From Gammaproteobacteria bacterium (GTDB lineage Bacteria > Pseudomonadota > Gammaproteobacteria > Eutrophobiales > Eutrophobiaceae): a DNA stretch of 64,000 bases. The notes beneath the pieces were generated by a model. That model searched no databases. It saw only the letters and a list, made by a program, of their open reading frames with translations, and was not told the DNA's origin. The position numbers and the translations under genes are program-made. Below are positions 47,650-59,100 of this stretch, in pieces (positions within the stretch are counted from its first letter, which is position 1; every line of letters starts with the position of its first letter). The stretch lies in the NCBI GenBank assembly GCA_026710545.1, contig JAPOQU010000055.1, positions 41,312 to 105,311 on the forward strand, written 5' to 3'.

Positions 47650-50229
47650 ATGACTAACAATGAGATTGCCCGGTCTGTTTTACCGGTAACCATAGAAGAT
47701 GAGATGCGTCAATCCTACATGGATTACGCAATGAGTGTCATCGTCGGCAGGGCCTTGCCGGACGTTCGTGACGGACTGAAGCCCGTGCACAGGCGCGTGC
47801 TGTATGCCATGAACGAAATGGGCAATGATTACAATAAACCGTACAAGAAATCTGCCCGCATCGTTGGTGATGTCATCGGTAAATACCACCCTCATGGAGA
47901 TTCTGCGGTCTATGACACCATAGTGCGTATGGCGCAGAATTTTTCACTGCGCTATGTGCTGGTGGACGGGCAAGGCAATTTCGGATCGGTAGACGGTGAT
48001 GCGCCTGCCGCGATGCGCTATACCGAAATACGCATGAGCAGGATCGCCCATGAGTTATTGGAGGATATCGACAAGGAAACCGTCGATTACATACCCAATT
48101 ATGACGGCACGGAACGGGAGCCCGCGGTTCTGCCCGCGCGCCTGCCCAACCTCCTGGTGAACGGTTCCAGCGGTATTGCTGTCGGTATGGCCACCAATAT
48201 CCCGCCGCATAATCTGACGGAAGTCATTAATGCCTGTATCGCCCTCCTGGAGAATGAGGACCTCAGCGTAGATAAACTGATCGAGTATATACCGGGACCG
48301 GATTTTCCCACTGCCGCCATCATCAACGGTTCCCAGGGCATTCAGGAAGCCTACCGTACCGGACGCGGACGTATCTACCTGCGCGCCCGTTCACATATCG
48401 AATCTGATGACAAGTCCGGGGACAACACCATTGTCATTACCGAATTGCCCTACCAGGTGAACAAGGCCCGGCTCCAGGAAAAGATTGCCGAACTGGTCAA
48501 GGAGAAAAAGCTGACCGGCATTCGCGAACTGCGCGATGAGTCCGACAAGGACGGCATGCGCCTGGTAATCGAGTTGCGCCGCGGCGAGGTGCCGGAGGTC
48601 ATCCTGAACAACCTGTACCAGTTCACCGCGATACAGAGCGTGTTCGGCATCAACCTGGTCGCGCTGGATGACGGCCAGCCGCGCCTGATGACGCTGAAAG
48701 GCATGCTCGATGCGTTTATCAGGCACCGCCGCGAAGTGGTAGTCCGGCGCACCCTGTTCGAGTTGCGCAAGGCGCGTGCCCGTGCGCATATCCTCGAGGG
48801 GTTGGCGGCAGCCCTGGCCAACATCGACCCGATCATCGCCCTCATCAAAGGGTCCTCGACGCCGGCCGAGGCAAAACACGCCCTGCTGGCGGAGTCCTGG
48901 CAACCCGGGGTGGTGGTGGCGCTGCTGGAACGGGTGAACGCGGATATTTCCCGGCCCGATGACCTGCCGCCGGAGTTGGGACTGGGTGCGGACGGGTATC
49001 GCCTGTCTGAGGTTCAGGCCCAGGCCATTCTGGAAATGCGCCTGCAGAAACTGACCGGACTGGAACAGGAAAAGATTGTCAGCGAATACGAGGAGATACT
49101 TGAGAGAATTATTGACCTTCTTGACGTGCTGTCGCGACCGCAACGGCTGATAGAGGTAATCAGGGTTGAACTGGAAGAGATCCGGGAGCAGTACGGCGAT
49201 GAGCGCCGCACCGAGATTAACGAAGACCGGTTGAACCTGACCATGGAAGACCTGATTACCGAGCAGGATGTGGTAGTTACCCTGTCCCATGCAGGGTATG
49301 CGAAAACGCAACCCCCCGATGTGTACCGGTTGCAGCGGCGCGGCGGCAGGGGGAAGTCGGCTACGGCCGTGAAGAATGAGGACTTTATCGACAAGTTATT
49401 CATCGCCAGCACCCACGATACCCTGCTGTGCTTTTCCAGCCTGGGCCGGTTGTACTGGCTGAAGGTGTATGAACTGCCCCAGGCAAGCCGCTTGGCCAAG
49501 GGTAAACCCATCGTCAACCTGTTGCCCTTGAGTGAGGGTGAGCGCATCAATGCAATCCTGCCCATACGTGAGTTCGGCGAAGACCTGTACGTATTCATGG
49601 CCACCGCGAACGGTACTGTGAAAAAGACCTCACTGAAGAGTTTTTCCCGCGCCCGGCCCAGCGGGATCAGGGCCATCGAACTTACCGACGGGAATCAACT
49701 GGTCAATGTTGAACTGACGGACGGAGAGCACGAAGTCATGCTGTTCAGTGATGCCGGCAAGGTAGTCCGTTTCAGGGAATCCGACGTGCGCCCGATGGGG
49801 CGCACGGCAAGAGGTGTCAGAGGCATTAAACTGGGTCCGGATGACAAGGTCATATCACTGATCATCGTCAAGGAAGGGATGGCGGTACTGACCGCGACCG
49901 AGAATGGCTTTGGCAAGCGCACTTCCCTGGAGGATTACCGGCTGACGTCCCGCGGCGTTCAGGGCGTGATATCCATCCAGACCAACGAGCGCAATGGCAG
50001 GGTCATCGGCGCGCTGATGGTCGATGAAGACGATGAGATCATGTTGATAAGTGACCAGGGCACCCTGATCCGTATGCCGGTCAGCGATGTTTCAGTTGTC
50101 GGCCGCGCAACAATGGGTGTGACACTGGTTAACCTGAATGATGGCGAGACGCTTGCCGGACTTGAGCGGATCATTGACTACGGTGACGTCGACAGTGAAG
50201 CAGCCCCGGATACCCCGGACGAGGGCTGA
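47650..50229 (+). CDS. gyrA: DNA gyrase subunit A
   Basis: 859 aa; active-site region [10 protein letters not shown]; [18 protein letters not shown]. Confidence 0.95.
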   Translation: MTNNEIARSVLPVTIEDEMRQSYMDYAMSVIVGRALPDVRDGLKPVHRRVLYAMNEMGNDYNKPYKKSARIVGDVIGKYHPHGDSAVYDTIVRMAQNFSLRYVLVDGQGNFGSVDGDAPAAMRYTEIRMSRIAHELLEDIDKETVDYIPNYDGTEREPAVLPARLPNLLVNGSSGIAVGMATNIPPHNLTEVINACIALLENEDLSVDKLIEYIPGPDFPTAAIINGSQGIQEAYRTGRGRIYLRARSHIESDDKSGDNTIVITELPYQVNKARLQEKIAELVKEKKLTGIRELRDESDKDGMRLVIELRRGEVPEVILNNLYQFTAIQSVFGINLVALDDGQPRLMTLKGMLDAFIRHRREVVVRRTLFELRKARARAHILEGLAAALANIDPIIALIKGSSTPAEAKHALLAESWQPGVVVALLERVNADISRPDDLPPELGLGADGYRLSEVQAQAILEMRLQKLTGLEQEKIVSEYEEILERIIDLLDVLSRPQRLIEVIRVELEEIREQYGDERRTEINEDRLNLTMEDLITEQDVVVTLSHAGYAKTQPPDVYRLQRRGGRGKSATAVKNEDFIDKLFIASTHDTLLCFSSLGRLYWLKVYELPQASRLAKGKPIVNLLPLSEGERINAILPIREFGEDLYVFMATANGTVKKTSLKSFSRARPSGIRAIELTDGNQLVNVELTDGEHEVMLFSDAGKVVRFRESDVRPMGRTARGVRGIKLGPDDKVISLIIVKEGMAVLTATENGFGKRTSLEDYRLTSRGVQGVISIQTNERNGRVIGALMVDEDDEIMLISDQGTLIRMPVSDVSVVGRATMGVTLVNLNDGETLAGLERIIDYGDVDSEAAPDTPDEG

Positions 50230-50231
50230 AC

Positions 50232-51332
50232 GTGACGGCAAACCCGGTCTATAACTTCAGCCCCGGTCCCGCGCAGTTACCCGGCGCGGTGATGGCGAGG
50301 GTCCAGGAAGAATTTCTCGACTGGCACGGTCACGGCGTCTCCATCGTTGAAATGAGTCACCGAAGCCGGGCTTTCACGGGTATCGCCGAGCAATCCGTCC
50401 GGGATTTATCTGCATTGCTCGACATACCGGATAATTACAAAATTCTGTTCCTGCAGGGCGGCGCCACCCATATGATGAGCATGGCGCCGTTGAACCTGTG
50501 TAACGGCAGCGGCACCGCCGATTACCTGGTTACCGGCAACTGGTCGAAAAAGGCCGCCGGAGAGGCTGCCCGTCTGACCGGCATGAACGTTGCGGCTACG
50601 TCTGCAGCAACGAATTTCACCGCCATTCCCGACCCTGCCGAATGGCGGCTGAGCGAGCAGCCGTCATACCTGTACTTTTGTGACAATGAGACGATCGCAG
50701 GCGTGGAATTCCAGTCTGCACCTGAATTGCCGGACGGTTACGAAGATACCGTGCTGGTCAGCGACATGACATCGAACTTTTTGTCCCGTCCCGTGCCGGT
50801 GGCGCGCTACGGGCTTATATTTGCCGGCGCACAAAAGAATATCGCGCCGGCCGGGTTGACCATCGTCCTGGTCCGGGAAGACCTGCTCGGCCGGGCGCGC
50901 CCGGACGTGCCTTTTTTGTACGATCTCAAGTTACTGGCCGAGCATGGTTCCATGTTCAATACGCCGCCTGTCTTTAACTGGTACATGGCGGGTTTGACGT
51001 TTGCCTGGGTCAGGGAACAGGGGGGAGTAGAACAGATGCACAGGAATGCGCTGCTGCGTTCGGGCAAACTGTACGAGTTTATCGATAATAACGATTTTTA
51101 CAGTAATCCCGTAGCCGCAACCTGCCGCTCGAGGATGAACGTGTCGTTCATACTTGCGGACTCGAGCCTGGACGGTAGATTTCTTGCTGAAGCCGCGCAC
51201 AACGGCTTGATAGAATTGAAAGGCCACCGCAGCGTGGGCGGGATGCGCGCCAGCATGTACAACGGGATGCCGGAAACAGGCGCGCACACCCTGGTTGATT
51301 TCATGGCAGATTTTGCCGCCCGTTACGGCTGA
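50232..51332 (+). CDS. serC: phosphoserine aminotransferase
   Basis: 366 aa; class V aminotransferase. N-terminus VYNFSPGPAQLP. gyrA-serC linkage. Confidence 0.9.
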   Translation: MTANPVYNFSPGPAQLPGAVMARVQEEFLDWHGHGVSIVEMSHRSRAFTGIAEQSVRDLSALLDIPDNYKILFLQGGATHMMSMAPLNLCNGSGTADYLVTGNWSKKAAGEAARLTGMNVAATSAATNFTAIPDPAEWRLSEQPSYLYFCDNETIAGVEFQSAPELPDGYEDTVLVSDMTSNFLSRPVPVARYGLIFAGAQKNIAPAGLTIVLVREDLLGRARPDVPFLYDLKLLAEHGSMFNTPPVFNWYMAGLTFAWVREQGGVEQMHRNALLRSGKLYEFIDNNDFYSNPVAATCRSRMNVSFILADSSLDGRFLAEAAHNGLIELKGHRSVGGMRASMYNGMPETGAHTLVDFMADFAARYG

Positions 51333-51347
51333 ACTGAAGCACCGATC

Positions 51348-52430
51348 ATGAACAACTCGAAGCTGGAACAAATCCGGCATGAAATAGATGCCGTCGATGA
51401 GCAACTGGTAGCGTTGCTCAACCGGCGCGCGCGGCTGGCGCTGGATGTCGCTGAAGTGAAGAAACTGGTAGATGATGTGCTCCCGTTGTACCGGCCTGAA
51501 CGGGAAGCCTGGGTGCTGGACAGGGTAAAAAGTCTTAATACCGGGCCCTTGTCGGATGACGAGGTCGGCAGGCTGGTGCGGGAAGTGATGTCAGCCTGCC
51601 TGGCCCTGGAAGCCCCGCTTGATATTGCCTGCCTGGGACCGGAAGGAACATTTTCGCAGTCCGCGGCGTTGAAACACTTCGGACAAACCGTGGGATTGTC
51701 CCTGCTGGGCAGTATTGACCAGGTATTCCGGGAAGTCGAGGCCGGTGTCTGCCAGTACGGGGTAGTCGCGGTGGAGAATTCAACCGAAGGCACGGTGAAC
51801 CAGACTCTGGATATGCTGGTGGAATCCGACCTGAAGCTTTGCGGTGAGGTGGAGTTGCGCATCCATCAACACCTGCTCAGCCACGCAGAAAGCCTGGCAG
51901 ATATCGAGATCGTGTATTCCCACGACCAGTCACTGGCGCAATGCCGCCGCTGGCTCGACGAAAACCTGGCGCAGGCGCGGCGCGTGCCCGTGCCGAGCAA
52001 CGCGGAAGCAGCATTGAATGCCGGCAAGGACAGGAGAAGAGCGGCCGTGGCCGGTGAGCGCGCGGCACAGGTTTACCAGTTACCCATTCTCAGCAAAAAC
52101 ATCGAGAATGACCCGGACAATACCACCCGTTTCCTGGTTCTCGGCAAGGAGACTGTTGCCCCCAGCGGCAACGACAAGACTTCGGTATTATTCGCCATGC
52201 CGAGCACACCCGGCGCCTTGATGAACATGCTTGCATGTTTTGCCGACCATGAGGTGAACATGACGAAGATAGAATCGAGACCGTCGCGCCAGGGAATATG
52301 GGAATACGTGTTTTTCGTGGACATTGCCGGCCATGCAGAGGATGCTGCGGTTGCAAAAGCCCTGTCCGACCTGGACAGCAAGGCTGCCATGGTGAAATTA
52401 CTGGGTTCCTACCCCGCAGCCGGCAATTAG
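51348..52430 (+). CDS. pheA: bifunctional chorismate mutase/prephenate dehydratase (P-protein)
   Basis: 360 aa; N-terminal CM domain (LEQIRHEIDAVDEQLVALLNRRARLA), PDT domain and C-terminal ACT domain. Confidence 0.9.
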   Translation: MNNSKLEQIRHEIDAVDEQLVALLNRRARLALDVAEVKKLVDDVLPLYRPEREAWVLDRVKSLNTGPLSDDEVGRLVREVMSACLALEAPLDIACLGPEGTFSQSAALKHFGQTVGLSLLGSIDQVFREVEAGVCQYGVVAVENSTEGTVNQTLDMLVESDLKLCGEVELRIHQHLLSHAESLADIEIVYSHDQSLAQCRRWLDENLAQARRVPVPSNAEAALNAGKDRRRAAVAGERAAQVYQLPILSKNIENDPDNTTRFLVLGKETVAPSGNDKTSVLFAMPSTPGALMNMLACFADHEVNMTKIESRPSRQGIWEYVFFVDIAGHAEDAAVAKALSDLDSKAAMVKLLGSYPAAGN

Positions 52431-52460
52431 TTTTCAGTACCAGTAACCGGACACCGGGCA

Positions 52461-53573
52461 ATGACAACAAACCTGACCAGACTGGCGGCGCCGGGTATAG
52501 CATCCTTACCTGCTTACAAGCCCGGTAAATCCGCTGAGGAAGTACAGCGCGAACTGGGTTTGACCAATGTAATCAAGCTGGCTTCAAACGAAAACTCCCT
52601 GGGGCCCAGCAAAAAGGTGCAGGAGGCGCTGGCATCCGGCGGCTTTGACCTGTGCCGTTACCCGGACGGTTCGGGGATTTCCCTGAAGCGCGCCCTGGGG
52701 GAATACCACGGTGTCGGTATTGAGCAGATTACCCTGGGCAACGGCTCCAACGACGTGCTGGAACTGATCGCCCGCAGTATCGTCACCAGCGCTCACGAAG
52801 TCATTTATTCGGAAAATGCATTCATTGTTTACCACCTGGCGACACATTCGATAGGCGCCACTCCTGTCGTCATTCCGACCAGGGACCACAAGCATGACCT
52901 GGCGGCGATGCTGGATGCGGTCACCGGGCGTACGCGACTGATCTTTCTCGATAACCCGGGAAACCCGACCGGCGGCTGGATCGACAAGAACCGGTTGCTT
53001 TCGTTTCTGGCTGCCGTGCCTGAAGACGTGGTCGTCGTTGTCGACGAGGCCTATTATGAATATGCCGCTTCCCTGTGTGCCGACTATCCGAATTCAATCG
53101 GCTTCCTGGCGGATTTTCCCAACCTGGTCACTACCCGTACCTTTTCCAAAGCCTACGGCCTGGCCGGGCTCCGGGTCGGCTATGCCGTAAGCCACCCCGA
53201 CCTGGCCGATTTAATGAACCGGGTAAGACAGCCTTTCAACGTGAATTCCCTGGCCCTGCTTGCTGCGGAGGTGGCGCTGGAAGACCAGGAGCACCTGCGC
53301 CGCTGTGTGGCAATGAATGACCAGGGCATGCAGACCCTGACCGCAGCGTTTGCCGGGCTGGGAATGGAATGGTTCGAATCCATAGCCAACTTCGTCAGCT
53401 TCGACCTGGAACGGCCCGCGGACCCGGTTTACCAGGCCATAATGCGCGAGGGCGTCGTTGTCAGGTCGATAGCCGAATACGGATTGCCCAATCACCTGCG
53501 GGTGACCATCGGCCAGGAACATGAGAACGCCGCGTTCCTGGATGCCCTGAACAAGGTTCTGGCTGCAGGCTGA
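52461..53573 (+). CDS. hisC: histidinol-phosphate aminotransferase
   Basis: 370 aa; class II aminotransferase with PLP-lysine context (TFSKAYGLAGLRVGY). Confidence 0.85.
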   Translation: MTTNLTRLAAPGIASLPAYKPGKSAEEVQRELGLTNVIKLASNENSLGPSKKVQEALASGGFDLCRYPDGSGISLKRALGEYHGVGIEQITLGNGSNDVLELIARSIVTSAHEVIYSENAFIVYHLATHSIGATPVVIPTRDHKHDLAAMLDAVTGRTRLIFLDNPGNPTGGWIDKNRLLSFLAAVPEDVVVVVDEAYYEYAASLCADYPNSIGFLADFPNLVTTRTFSKAYGLAGLRVGYAVSHPDLADLMNRVRQPFNVNSLALLAAEVALEDQEHLRRCVAMNDQGMQTLTAAFAGLGMEWFESIANFVSFDLERPADPVYQAIMREGVVVRSIAEYGLPNHLRVTIGQEHENAAFLDALNKVLAAG

Positions 53574-53600
53574 TCCCTGTGTCCCCGGTGGCAGAAACAC

Positions 53601-54473
53601 ATGCTGGCTGAAAACGTAAGTATTATCGGGTTGGGGCTGATTGGGGGATCGCTGGCGCGCGGCCTGAAACGGGCCGGCCTGTGCAACACGGTCAGGGGTT
53701 ATGGCCGGCGTGAGGCGGCACTGCAACAAGCCGTGGAAGACGGGGTTATCGATGATTACAGCCTGGACCTTCGGGAGGCGGTTGCCGGCGCCGATCTTGT
53801 TGTGCTGGCAACACCGTTGTCAACCACCGAAGCCCTGATGCGCGAGATCTCCGACGTGTTGAAACCGGAATGTATCATCACCGACGTCGGTAGCGCCAAG
53901 GGTGTGGTAGTGGCAGCGGCGCGCAAAGCCCTTGCCGGCCGGCTCGCGTATTTTGTCCCCGCGCACCCCATTGCCGGAACGGAGAAAAGCGGGGTGGAGG
54001 CGTCTTTTGCCGAGTTGTTCGAAAATCATATCGTCATCATTACGCCGCTCACCGAGACGGACCGCGGCGCCAGGGATACGGTTGCCGCACTGTGGCGCGG
54101 CGTCGGTGCTACAGTTGTCGACCTGGATGTCGAACACCACGATGAGGTGCTGGCGGCAACCAGCCACCTGCCCCATGTGCTGGTGTATACCTTGATCGAT
54201 TGCCTGGCGCAGATGCAGGACAGGAATGAAATATTTACTTACGCAGCCGGGGGGTTTGCAGACTTCACCCGGGTAGCTTCCAGCAGCCCGGAAATGTGGC
54301 GCGACATCTGTATAGCCAACAAGGCTTCGTTACTGGCCGTCCTGGACCGGTTTGAAAAGCACCTGCATGGAGCAAGGGAGGCGATAGCCGCGGGTGACGG
54401 CGGCAGGTTAATGGACGTTTTTTCCCGGGCCAAGCAGGCCAGGGACGCGTTTGCCAGGAACACGGGGCGTTAA
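53601..54473 (+). CDS. tyrA: prephenate/cyclohexadienyl dehydrogenase
   Basis: 290 aa; Rossmann IIGLGLIGGSLARGL; TyrA core. Confidence 0.8.
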   Translation: MLAENVSIIGLGLIGGSLARGLKRAGLCNTVRGYGRREAALQQAVEDGVIDDYSLDLREAVAGADLVVLATPLSTTEALMREISDVLKPECIITDVGSAKGVVVAAARKALAGRLAYFVPAHPIAGTEKSGVEASFAELFENHIVIITPLTETDRGARDTVAALWRGVGATVVDLDVEHHDEVLAATSHLPHVLVYTLIDCLAQMQDRNEIFTYAAGGFADFTRVASSSPEMWRDICIANKASLLAVLDRFEKHLHGAREAIAAGDGGRLMDVFSRAKQARDAFARNTGR

Positions 54474-54492
54474 CCCCGCTGACGTCGGCATA

Positions 54493-55830
54493 ATGAGCAA
54501 CAGCAGCGCCGGCGCCGGTTCGAGGGTCGATTACCTTGTCAATCCGGTGGATAGACCGTTACAGGGCAGGATACGCGTCCCGGGGGACAAATCCATCTCG
54601 CACAGGGTAGTGATACTCGCGTCGCTGGCTGAAGGAGTGAGTGGTTGCAGCGGCTTCCTGGACAGTGCCGATACCCGTGCGACAGTGTCTGCCATGCGCC
54701 GGATGGGAGTGCAGATCATACAGGAGGATAACTACCTGTCCATACATGGGGCAGGTCTGCACGGCTTGTCGGCGCCGCCGGATATACTGGACCTGGGTAA
54801 CTCCGGCACGTCTGCGCGCCTGCTGCTGGGAGCGCTGGCCGGGCAGCGTTTTGCGTCCACCCTGAGCGGAGACGAATCGCTGGTGCGCAGGCCGATGCGG
54901 CGCGTTGCCGACCCGCTCAATGCAATGAACGCTGAGGTGCGGATAACTCCGCAAGGGACCCTGCCCGCGCAGATAACGGGCAACAGGCGTCTGCGCGCGA
55001 TTGACTACGAATTACCCGTTGCCAGCGCCCAGCTGAAATCAGCGTTGCTGCTGGCAGGTTTGTATGCCGAGGGCAGGACCGTGATAACCGAACCCGCGCC
55101 TACCCGTGATCATACGGAAAGGTTACTGGCGCATTTTGCCTGCCCGGTCAAGCGCTCCGGTAAACGGATAACGATTGACAGCGGGGTGTTGCAGGCGAAC
55201 GATATACATATCCCCGGCGATATTTCTTCTGCGGCGTTTTTCCTGGTCGCGGGCTGCATCGTTCCCGGCTCGGACCTGCTCATAGAAGGAGTCGGACTTA
55301 ATCCGACCCGGCGTGCGGTGCTGGATATTCTCAAGCTGATGGGGGCGGATATCACTACCTCCAACATTGTCGAGGCAGCGGGGGAACCACTCGCGGACCT
55401 GCGGGTGAAATACCGGCCGCTGCAGGGGATTTCAATACCCGTCGACCTGGTGCCGGGGGCCATTGATGAATTTCCGGCGATCATGGTGGCGGCCTGTTAT
55501 GCAGCAGGCGAAACCGTGCTCAGGGGAGCGCAGGAACTGCGTGTGAAGGAAAGCGACCGCATCCAGGCCCTCGCGCACGGGTTGGAAAGAACAGGTATCG
55601 GCGCGGAAACCCGCCCGGACGGACTGAGCGTGACCGGAGGACGGCCCGGTGCAGCTACGGTGGACAGTTACGGAGACCACCGTATCGCCATGGCCTTCTC
55701 CCTGGCCGGCCTGGGCGCGGCAGGACCGATCACCGTCCGGAACTGTAAAAACGTCGATACTTCCTTCCCCGGCTTCACCGGTTGCGCCGCAGAAGTCGGC
55801 TGGGAGATAAAGGCCGCTCATGCAGGCTGA
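54493..55830 (+). CDS. aroA: 3-phosphoshikimate 1-carboxyvinyltransferase (EPSP synthase)
   Basis: Start at ATG 54493 (MSNSS...); the longest ORF runs from 54451. Motif VPGDKSISHR and EPSPS fold. Confidence 0.9.
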   Translation: MSNSSAGAGSRVDYLVNPVDRPLQGRIRVPGDKSISHRVVILASLAEGVSGCSGFLDSADTRATVSAMRRMGVQIIQEDNYLSIHGAGLHGLSAPPDILDLGNSGTSARLLLGALAGQRFASTLSGDESLVRRPMRRVADPLNAMNAEVRITPQGTLPAQITGNRRLRAIDYELPVASAQLKSALLLAGLYAEGRTVITEPAPTRDHTERLLAHFACPVKRSGKRITIDSGVLQANDIHIPGDISSAAFFLVAGCIVPGSDLLIEGVGLNPTRRAVLDILKLMGADITTSNIVEAAGEPLADLRVKYRPLQGISIPVDLVPGAIDEFPAIMVAACYAAGETVLRGAQELRVKESDRIQALAHGLERTGIGAETRPDGLSVTGGRPGAATVDSYGDHRIAMAFSLAGLGAAGPITVRNCKNVDTSFPGFTGCAAEVGWEIKAAHAG

Positions 55831-56518
55831 CATTCCGGTCGTTACCATAGATGGACCGAGCGGGACCGGCAAGGGCACGCTTTGCAGCCGTATCAGCCGC
55901 TGGTTGGACTGGAACCTGCTGGACAGCGGCGCGCTGTACCGTATCCTGGCCCTGCTGGCGCAACAGCAACAGGTCCCTGTAGCCGATGCTGCCGGTGTGG
56001 CGGCCCTGGCGCGCGACCTCAATGTCCGGTTTATGGCTGCTGACGACGAACCGGTGAAAGTCATACTGGATGGAAAAGATGTCGGTTCCCGGATCCGGCA
56101 GGAGGATTGCGGCAATGCGGCCTCAAGCCTGGCTGAGCACGGTATTGTACGCGCTGCCATACTGGGATGGCAGCGGAGTTTTCAGCAACCCCCCGGCCTT
56201 GTGGCTGATGGACGTGATATGGGTACCGTGGTTTTTCCAGGCGCAGGATTAAAGGTCTTTTTGACGGCGAATCCGCAGGTGCGCGCGAAAAGACGATATA
56301 AACAGTTGAATGTTAAAGGGATTAATGTTAAATTCGCCGATCTTGTAGGGTCGATCGCTGAACGGGACAAACGGGACAAGCAACGTATTCACTCTCCTTT
56401 GAAGCCGGCAGACGGCGCAGTCGTAGTCGATACCTCTGACAGCGGTATAGATGATGTATTCACACAGGTGGCGGCAATTATTGAGAAACGCTTCGACCTG
56501 TCGGCTATACGCAGTTGA
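55820..56518 (+). CDS. cmk: cytidylate kinase
   Basis: 232 aa; P-loop ITIDGPSGTGKGT. Confidence 0.85.
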   Translation: MQADIPVVTIDGPSGTGKGTLCSRISRWLDWNLLDSGALYRILALLAQQQQVPVADAAGVAALARDLNVRFMAADDEPVKVILDGKDVGSRIRQEDCGNAASSLAEHGIVRAAILGWQRSFQQPPGLVADGRDMGTVVFPGAGLKVFLTANPQVRAKRRYKQLNVKGINVKFADLVGSIAERDKRDKQRIHSPLKPADGAVVVDTSDSGIDDVFTQVAAIIEKRFDLSAIRS

Positions 56519-56552
56519 TATTGAACATTAATATATAGAGATAACTTATTGT

Positions 56553-58235
56553 ATGAGCGAGAGTTTTGCGGAACTATTTGAGCAAAGTCAAGTAGAGGCA
56601 AAAATGCGCCTGGGCGCTATTTTGCACGGGGTCGTCGTTGACGTTTACCAGGATAATGTCATAGTCAGCGCCGGTTTGAAATCGGAATCATGGATACCCA
56701 TCGACCAGTTTTTCGATGAAAACGGTGAACTTGAAGTTGCCGTAGGTGATCAGGTCGAAGTGGCCCTGGATGCGGTCGAAGACGGTTACGGCGAGACCCG
56801 GTTGTCCAGGGAGAAAGCAAAACGGTTGCTGGCGTGGAACAGCCTGGAACAGGCCCACGAAACGGATAAAACCGTACACGGCGTGATAACGGAACGGGTC
56901 AAGGGGGGATTTACCGTTGACGTTGAAGGTATCAGGGCATTTTTGCCGGGGTCGCTTGTCGATGTGCGGCCTGTCAAGGATACGATCTACCTCGAAGGCA
57001 AGCCGCTCGATTTCAAGGTTATCAAGATCGACCGGAAGCGGAGTAACGTTGTGGTTTCCCGCCGGGCCGTGGTGGAGAGTGAGAACATCGCAGAGCGGCA
57101 AAGCCTGATTGAAAAACTCAAGGAAGGCGTTACTGTAACAGGCGTGGTGAAGAACCTGACCGATTACGGCGCGTTCCTGGATCTTGGCGGTATTGACGGA
57201 TTGCTGCATATCACGGACATGGCCTGGAAACGGGTCAAGGACCCGTCCGATATTGTCAGTATCGGTGACGAAATAGACGTCAAGGTATTGAAATTCGACC
57301 GTGAACGCAACCGGGTTTCCCTGGGACTGAAACAAATGGGAGATGATCCCTGGGGTGATTTGACCAAGCGTTTCCCGGAAGGGTCGCGTTTGCACGGGAC
57401 GGTGACCAACCTGGCAGATTATGGTTGTTTTGTCGAACTTGAAGAAGGTGTCGAGGGACTGGTGCATGTTTCGGAAATGGATTGGACGAACAAGAATATT
57501 CATCCTTCAAAACTGGTGCAGACGGGTGACGAGGTTGACGTAATCGTGCTGGATATCGACCAGGAACGGCGCCGTATCTCGCTGGGGATGAAGCAGTGTC
57601 AACCGAATCCCTGGGAGGAATTTGCCGCACTGCACAACAAGGGAGACAAGGTCAGCGGCCAGATCAAGTCCATTACCGATTTCGGTATCTTCATCGGCTT
57701 GCCGGGAGGTATAGACGGTTTGGTGCATTTATCGGATGTGTCCTGGGTAGATGAGGGTGAGCTGGCGCTGCGAAATTACAAGAAAGGCACCCAGATTGAG
57801 ACCGTAGTGCTCGCCGTAGACACCGAGAGAGAGCGCATTTCGTTGGGGATTAAACAACTGGAAAGAGATCCGTTCACGGCTTATGTGGCAGAGAATCCCA
57901 AGGGTACGGTGGTGCTCGGAAAGGTCACAGCCATCGAAACCAGGAATATTATAGTTGAGTTGGCCCAGGGAGTTGATGGGCAGTTAAAACTGTCTGAATT
58001 GTCAGGTGACAAGAAAGCCAAGGATGCAAAAAGCAGTGGGGTGAAGGAAGAAGACGAACTAGAGGTCAAGATTACTGCAGTCGACAGGAAGAAACGTACA
58101 ATTTCCGTCTCGGTAAAGGCAAAGGAATCAGATGAAGAATCTGCAGCAATCAAGGAATACAAACCCGATCCTTCATCCGGCGCCAAGTTGGGCGACCTGC
58201 TGAAGAAGCATCTGAATAGCGGAGGAAGTGGTTGA
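56553..58235 (+). CDS. rpsA: 30S ribosomal protein S1
   Basis: 560 aa; six S1 repeats; N-terminus [12 protein letters not shown]. Confidence 0.95.
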   Translation: MSESFAELFEQSQVEAKMRLGAILHGVVVDVYQDNVIVSAGLKSESWIPIDQFFDENGELEVAVGDQVEVALDAVEDGYGETRLSREKAKRLLAWNSLEQAHETDKTVHGVITERVKGGFTVDVEGIRAFLPGSLVDVRPVKDTIYLEGKPLDFKVIKIDRKRSNVVVSRRAVVESENIAERQSLIEKLKEGVTVTGVVKNLTDYGAFLDLGGIDGLLHITDMAWKRVKDPSDIVSIGDEIDVKVLKFDRERNRVSLGLKQMGDDPWGDLTKRFPEGSRLHGTVTNLADYGCFVELEEGVEGLVHVSEMDWTNKNIHPSKLVQTGDEVDVIVLDIDQERRRISLGMKQCQPNPWEEFAALHNKGDKVSGQIKSITDFGIFIGLPGGIDGLVHLSDVSWVDEGELALRNYKKGTQIETVVLAVDTERERISLGIKQLERDPFTAYVAENPKGTVVLGKVTAIETRNIIVELAQGVDGQLKLSELSGDKKAKDAKSSGVKEEDELEVKITAVDRKKRTISVSVKAKESDEESAAIKEYKPDPSSGAKLGDLLKKHLNSGGSG

Positions 58236-58266
58236 TTTTTCGCACAAACAATGCGAGATTAGAACA

Positions 58267-58548
58267 ATGACCAAATCTGAACTGATTGAAGCTTTAAGCA
58301 GGCAGCAGCCTCAGTTTACATCTAAAGATATAGAATCGGCAGTAAAAACAATTCTCGAGTCCATGGCCCAGAGCCTGGCGACCGGCGAGAGAATTGAAAT
58401 TCGGGGGTTCGGCAGTTTCTCGCTGCACTACAGGCCGCCGCGCATCGGTCGTAACCCCAAATCCGGTGAATCTGTTTCCTTGCCGGCCAAGTTCGTTCCA
58501 TATTTCAAACCGGGAAAGCAAATGCGAGAACGGGTGGACCAGGATTAG
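58267..58548 (+). CDS. ihfB: integration host factor subunit beta
   Basis: Start at [10 protein letters not shown] (ATG 58267); the longest ORF runs from 58228. DNA-binding arm [22 protein letters not shown]. Confidence 0.9.
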   Translation: MTKSELIEALSRQQPQFTSKDIESAVKTILESMAQSLATGERIEIRGFGSFSLHYRPPRIGRNPKSGESVSLPAKFVPYFKPGKQMRERVDQD

Positions 58549-58585
58549 TTGTGACCACACAGAGCCAAGGTCTGCCTGAACCCGT

Positions 58586-58870
58586 TTGATGTCCATCGTT
58601 AGAATTGCGCTGATCCTGCTTGTTGTCGTGGCCGGATTGGCATTCCACGTTCGTAACGACCAACTGGTCGTGGTTGATTTCTATCTCGGAAACTACGAGA
58701 TACCGTTATCACTGGCCCTTGCCATAGCCCTGCTCGGCGGCGCAGTCCTGGGAGTTTTATCCGGTCTGCCGTCATGGTTGAAACTGAAACGCGCCAAGGC
58801 AAAACTGGGCAGGCAACTCAAAGCACACCAACCGGATTCTCAGGCTTCTGAAGAACAATCCGCAGATTAA
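58586..58870 (+). CDS. LapA-family (DUF1049/YciS-like) inner-membrane protein
   Basis: 94 aa; two TM helices and a basic C-terminal tail LKLKRAKAKLGRQLK. Position after ihfB. Confidence 0.6.
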   Translation: MMSIVRIALILLVVVAGLAFHVRNDQLVVVDFYLGNYEIPLSLALAIALLGGAVLGVLSGLPSWLKLKRAKAKLGRQLKAHQPDSQASEEQSAD

Positions 58871-58908
58871 TGATTCATCCGCAGATGACGCAGATTAACG
58901 CAGATATA
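58859..58908 (-). repeat. heptad-repeat element copy 3 (inverted orientation, 4 heptads; first heptad overlaps the lapA-like stop codon)
   Basis: Reverse complement is ttatatctgcgttaatctgcgtcatctgcggatgaatcattaatctgcgga, near-identical to copy 1. Confidence 0.8.
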
Positions 58909-59062
58909 AAATAAAAATAACTTGCAGTGTGGCAATGTGCCGGTATAGCGGCTAAATCATATAATCTCGAGACTACAACCCTTAGGACACCGGAGAGATT
59001 TCTCCATTTGTTTGATGATTACCCGTTTGTAGTAACAAAAATCCTTGATCAAAGAATTTTCA

Positions 59063-59100
59063 TATAATCTGCGTTAATCTGCGTCATCTGCGGATAAAAT
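59063..59100 (+). repeat. heptad-repeat element copy 4: atataatctgcgttaatctgcgtcatctgcggataaaat, 12 bp upstream of mfd ATG
   Basis: Contains a perfect TATAAT hexamer at its 5' end. Inverted relative to copy 3, 160 bp away. Confidence 0.8.

Noticed and set aside
48391-49676. 306-aa and 220-aa ORFs antisense to gyrA
   Set aside because: Entirely inside gyrA on the opposite strand; no motifs; GC-skew artefacts.
54451-54492. Upstream extension of aroA (longest ORF from 54451, overlapping tyrA by 23 bp)
   Set aside because: The extension MPGTRGVNPADVGI is unrelated to EPSP synthase N-termini. The ATG at 54493 follows the tyrA stop and gives the conserved start region.
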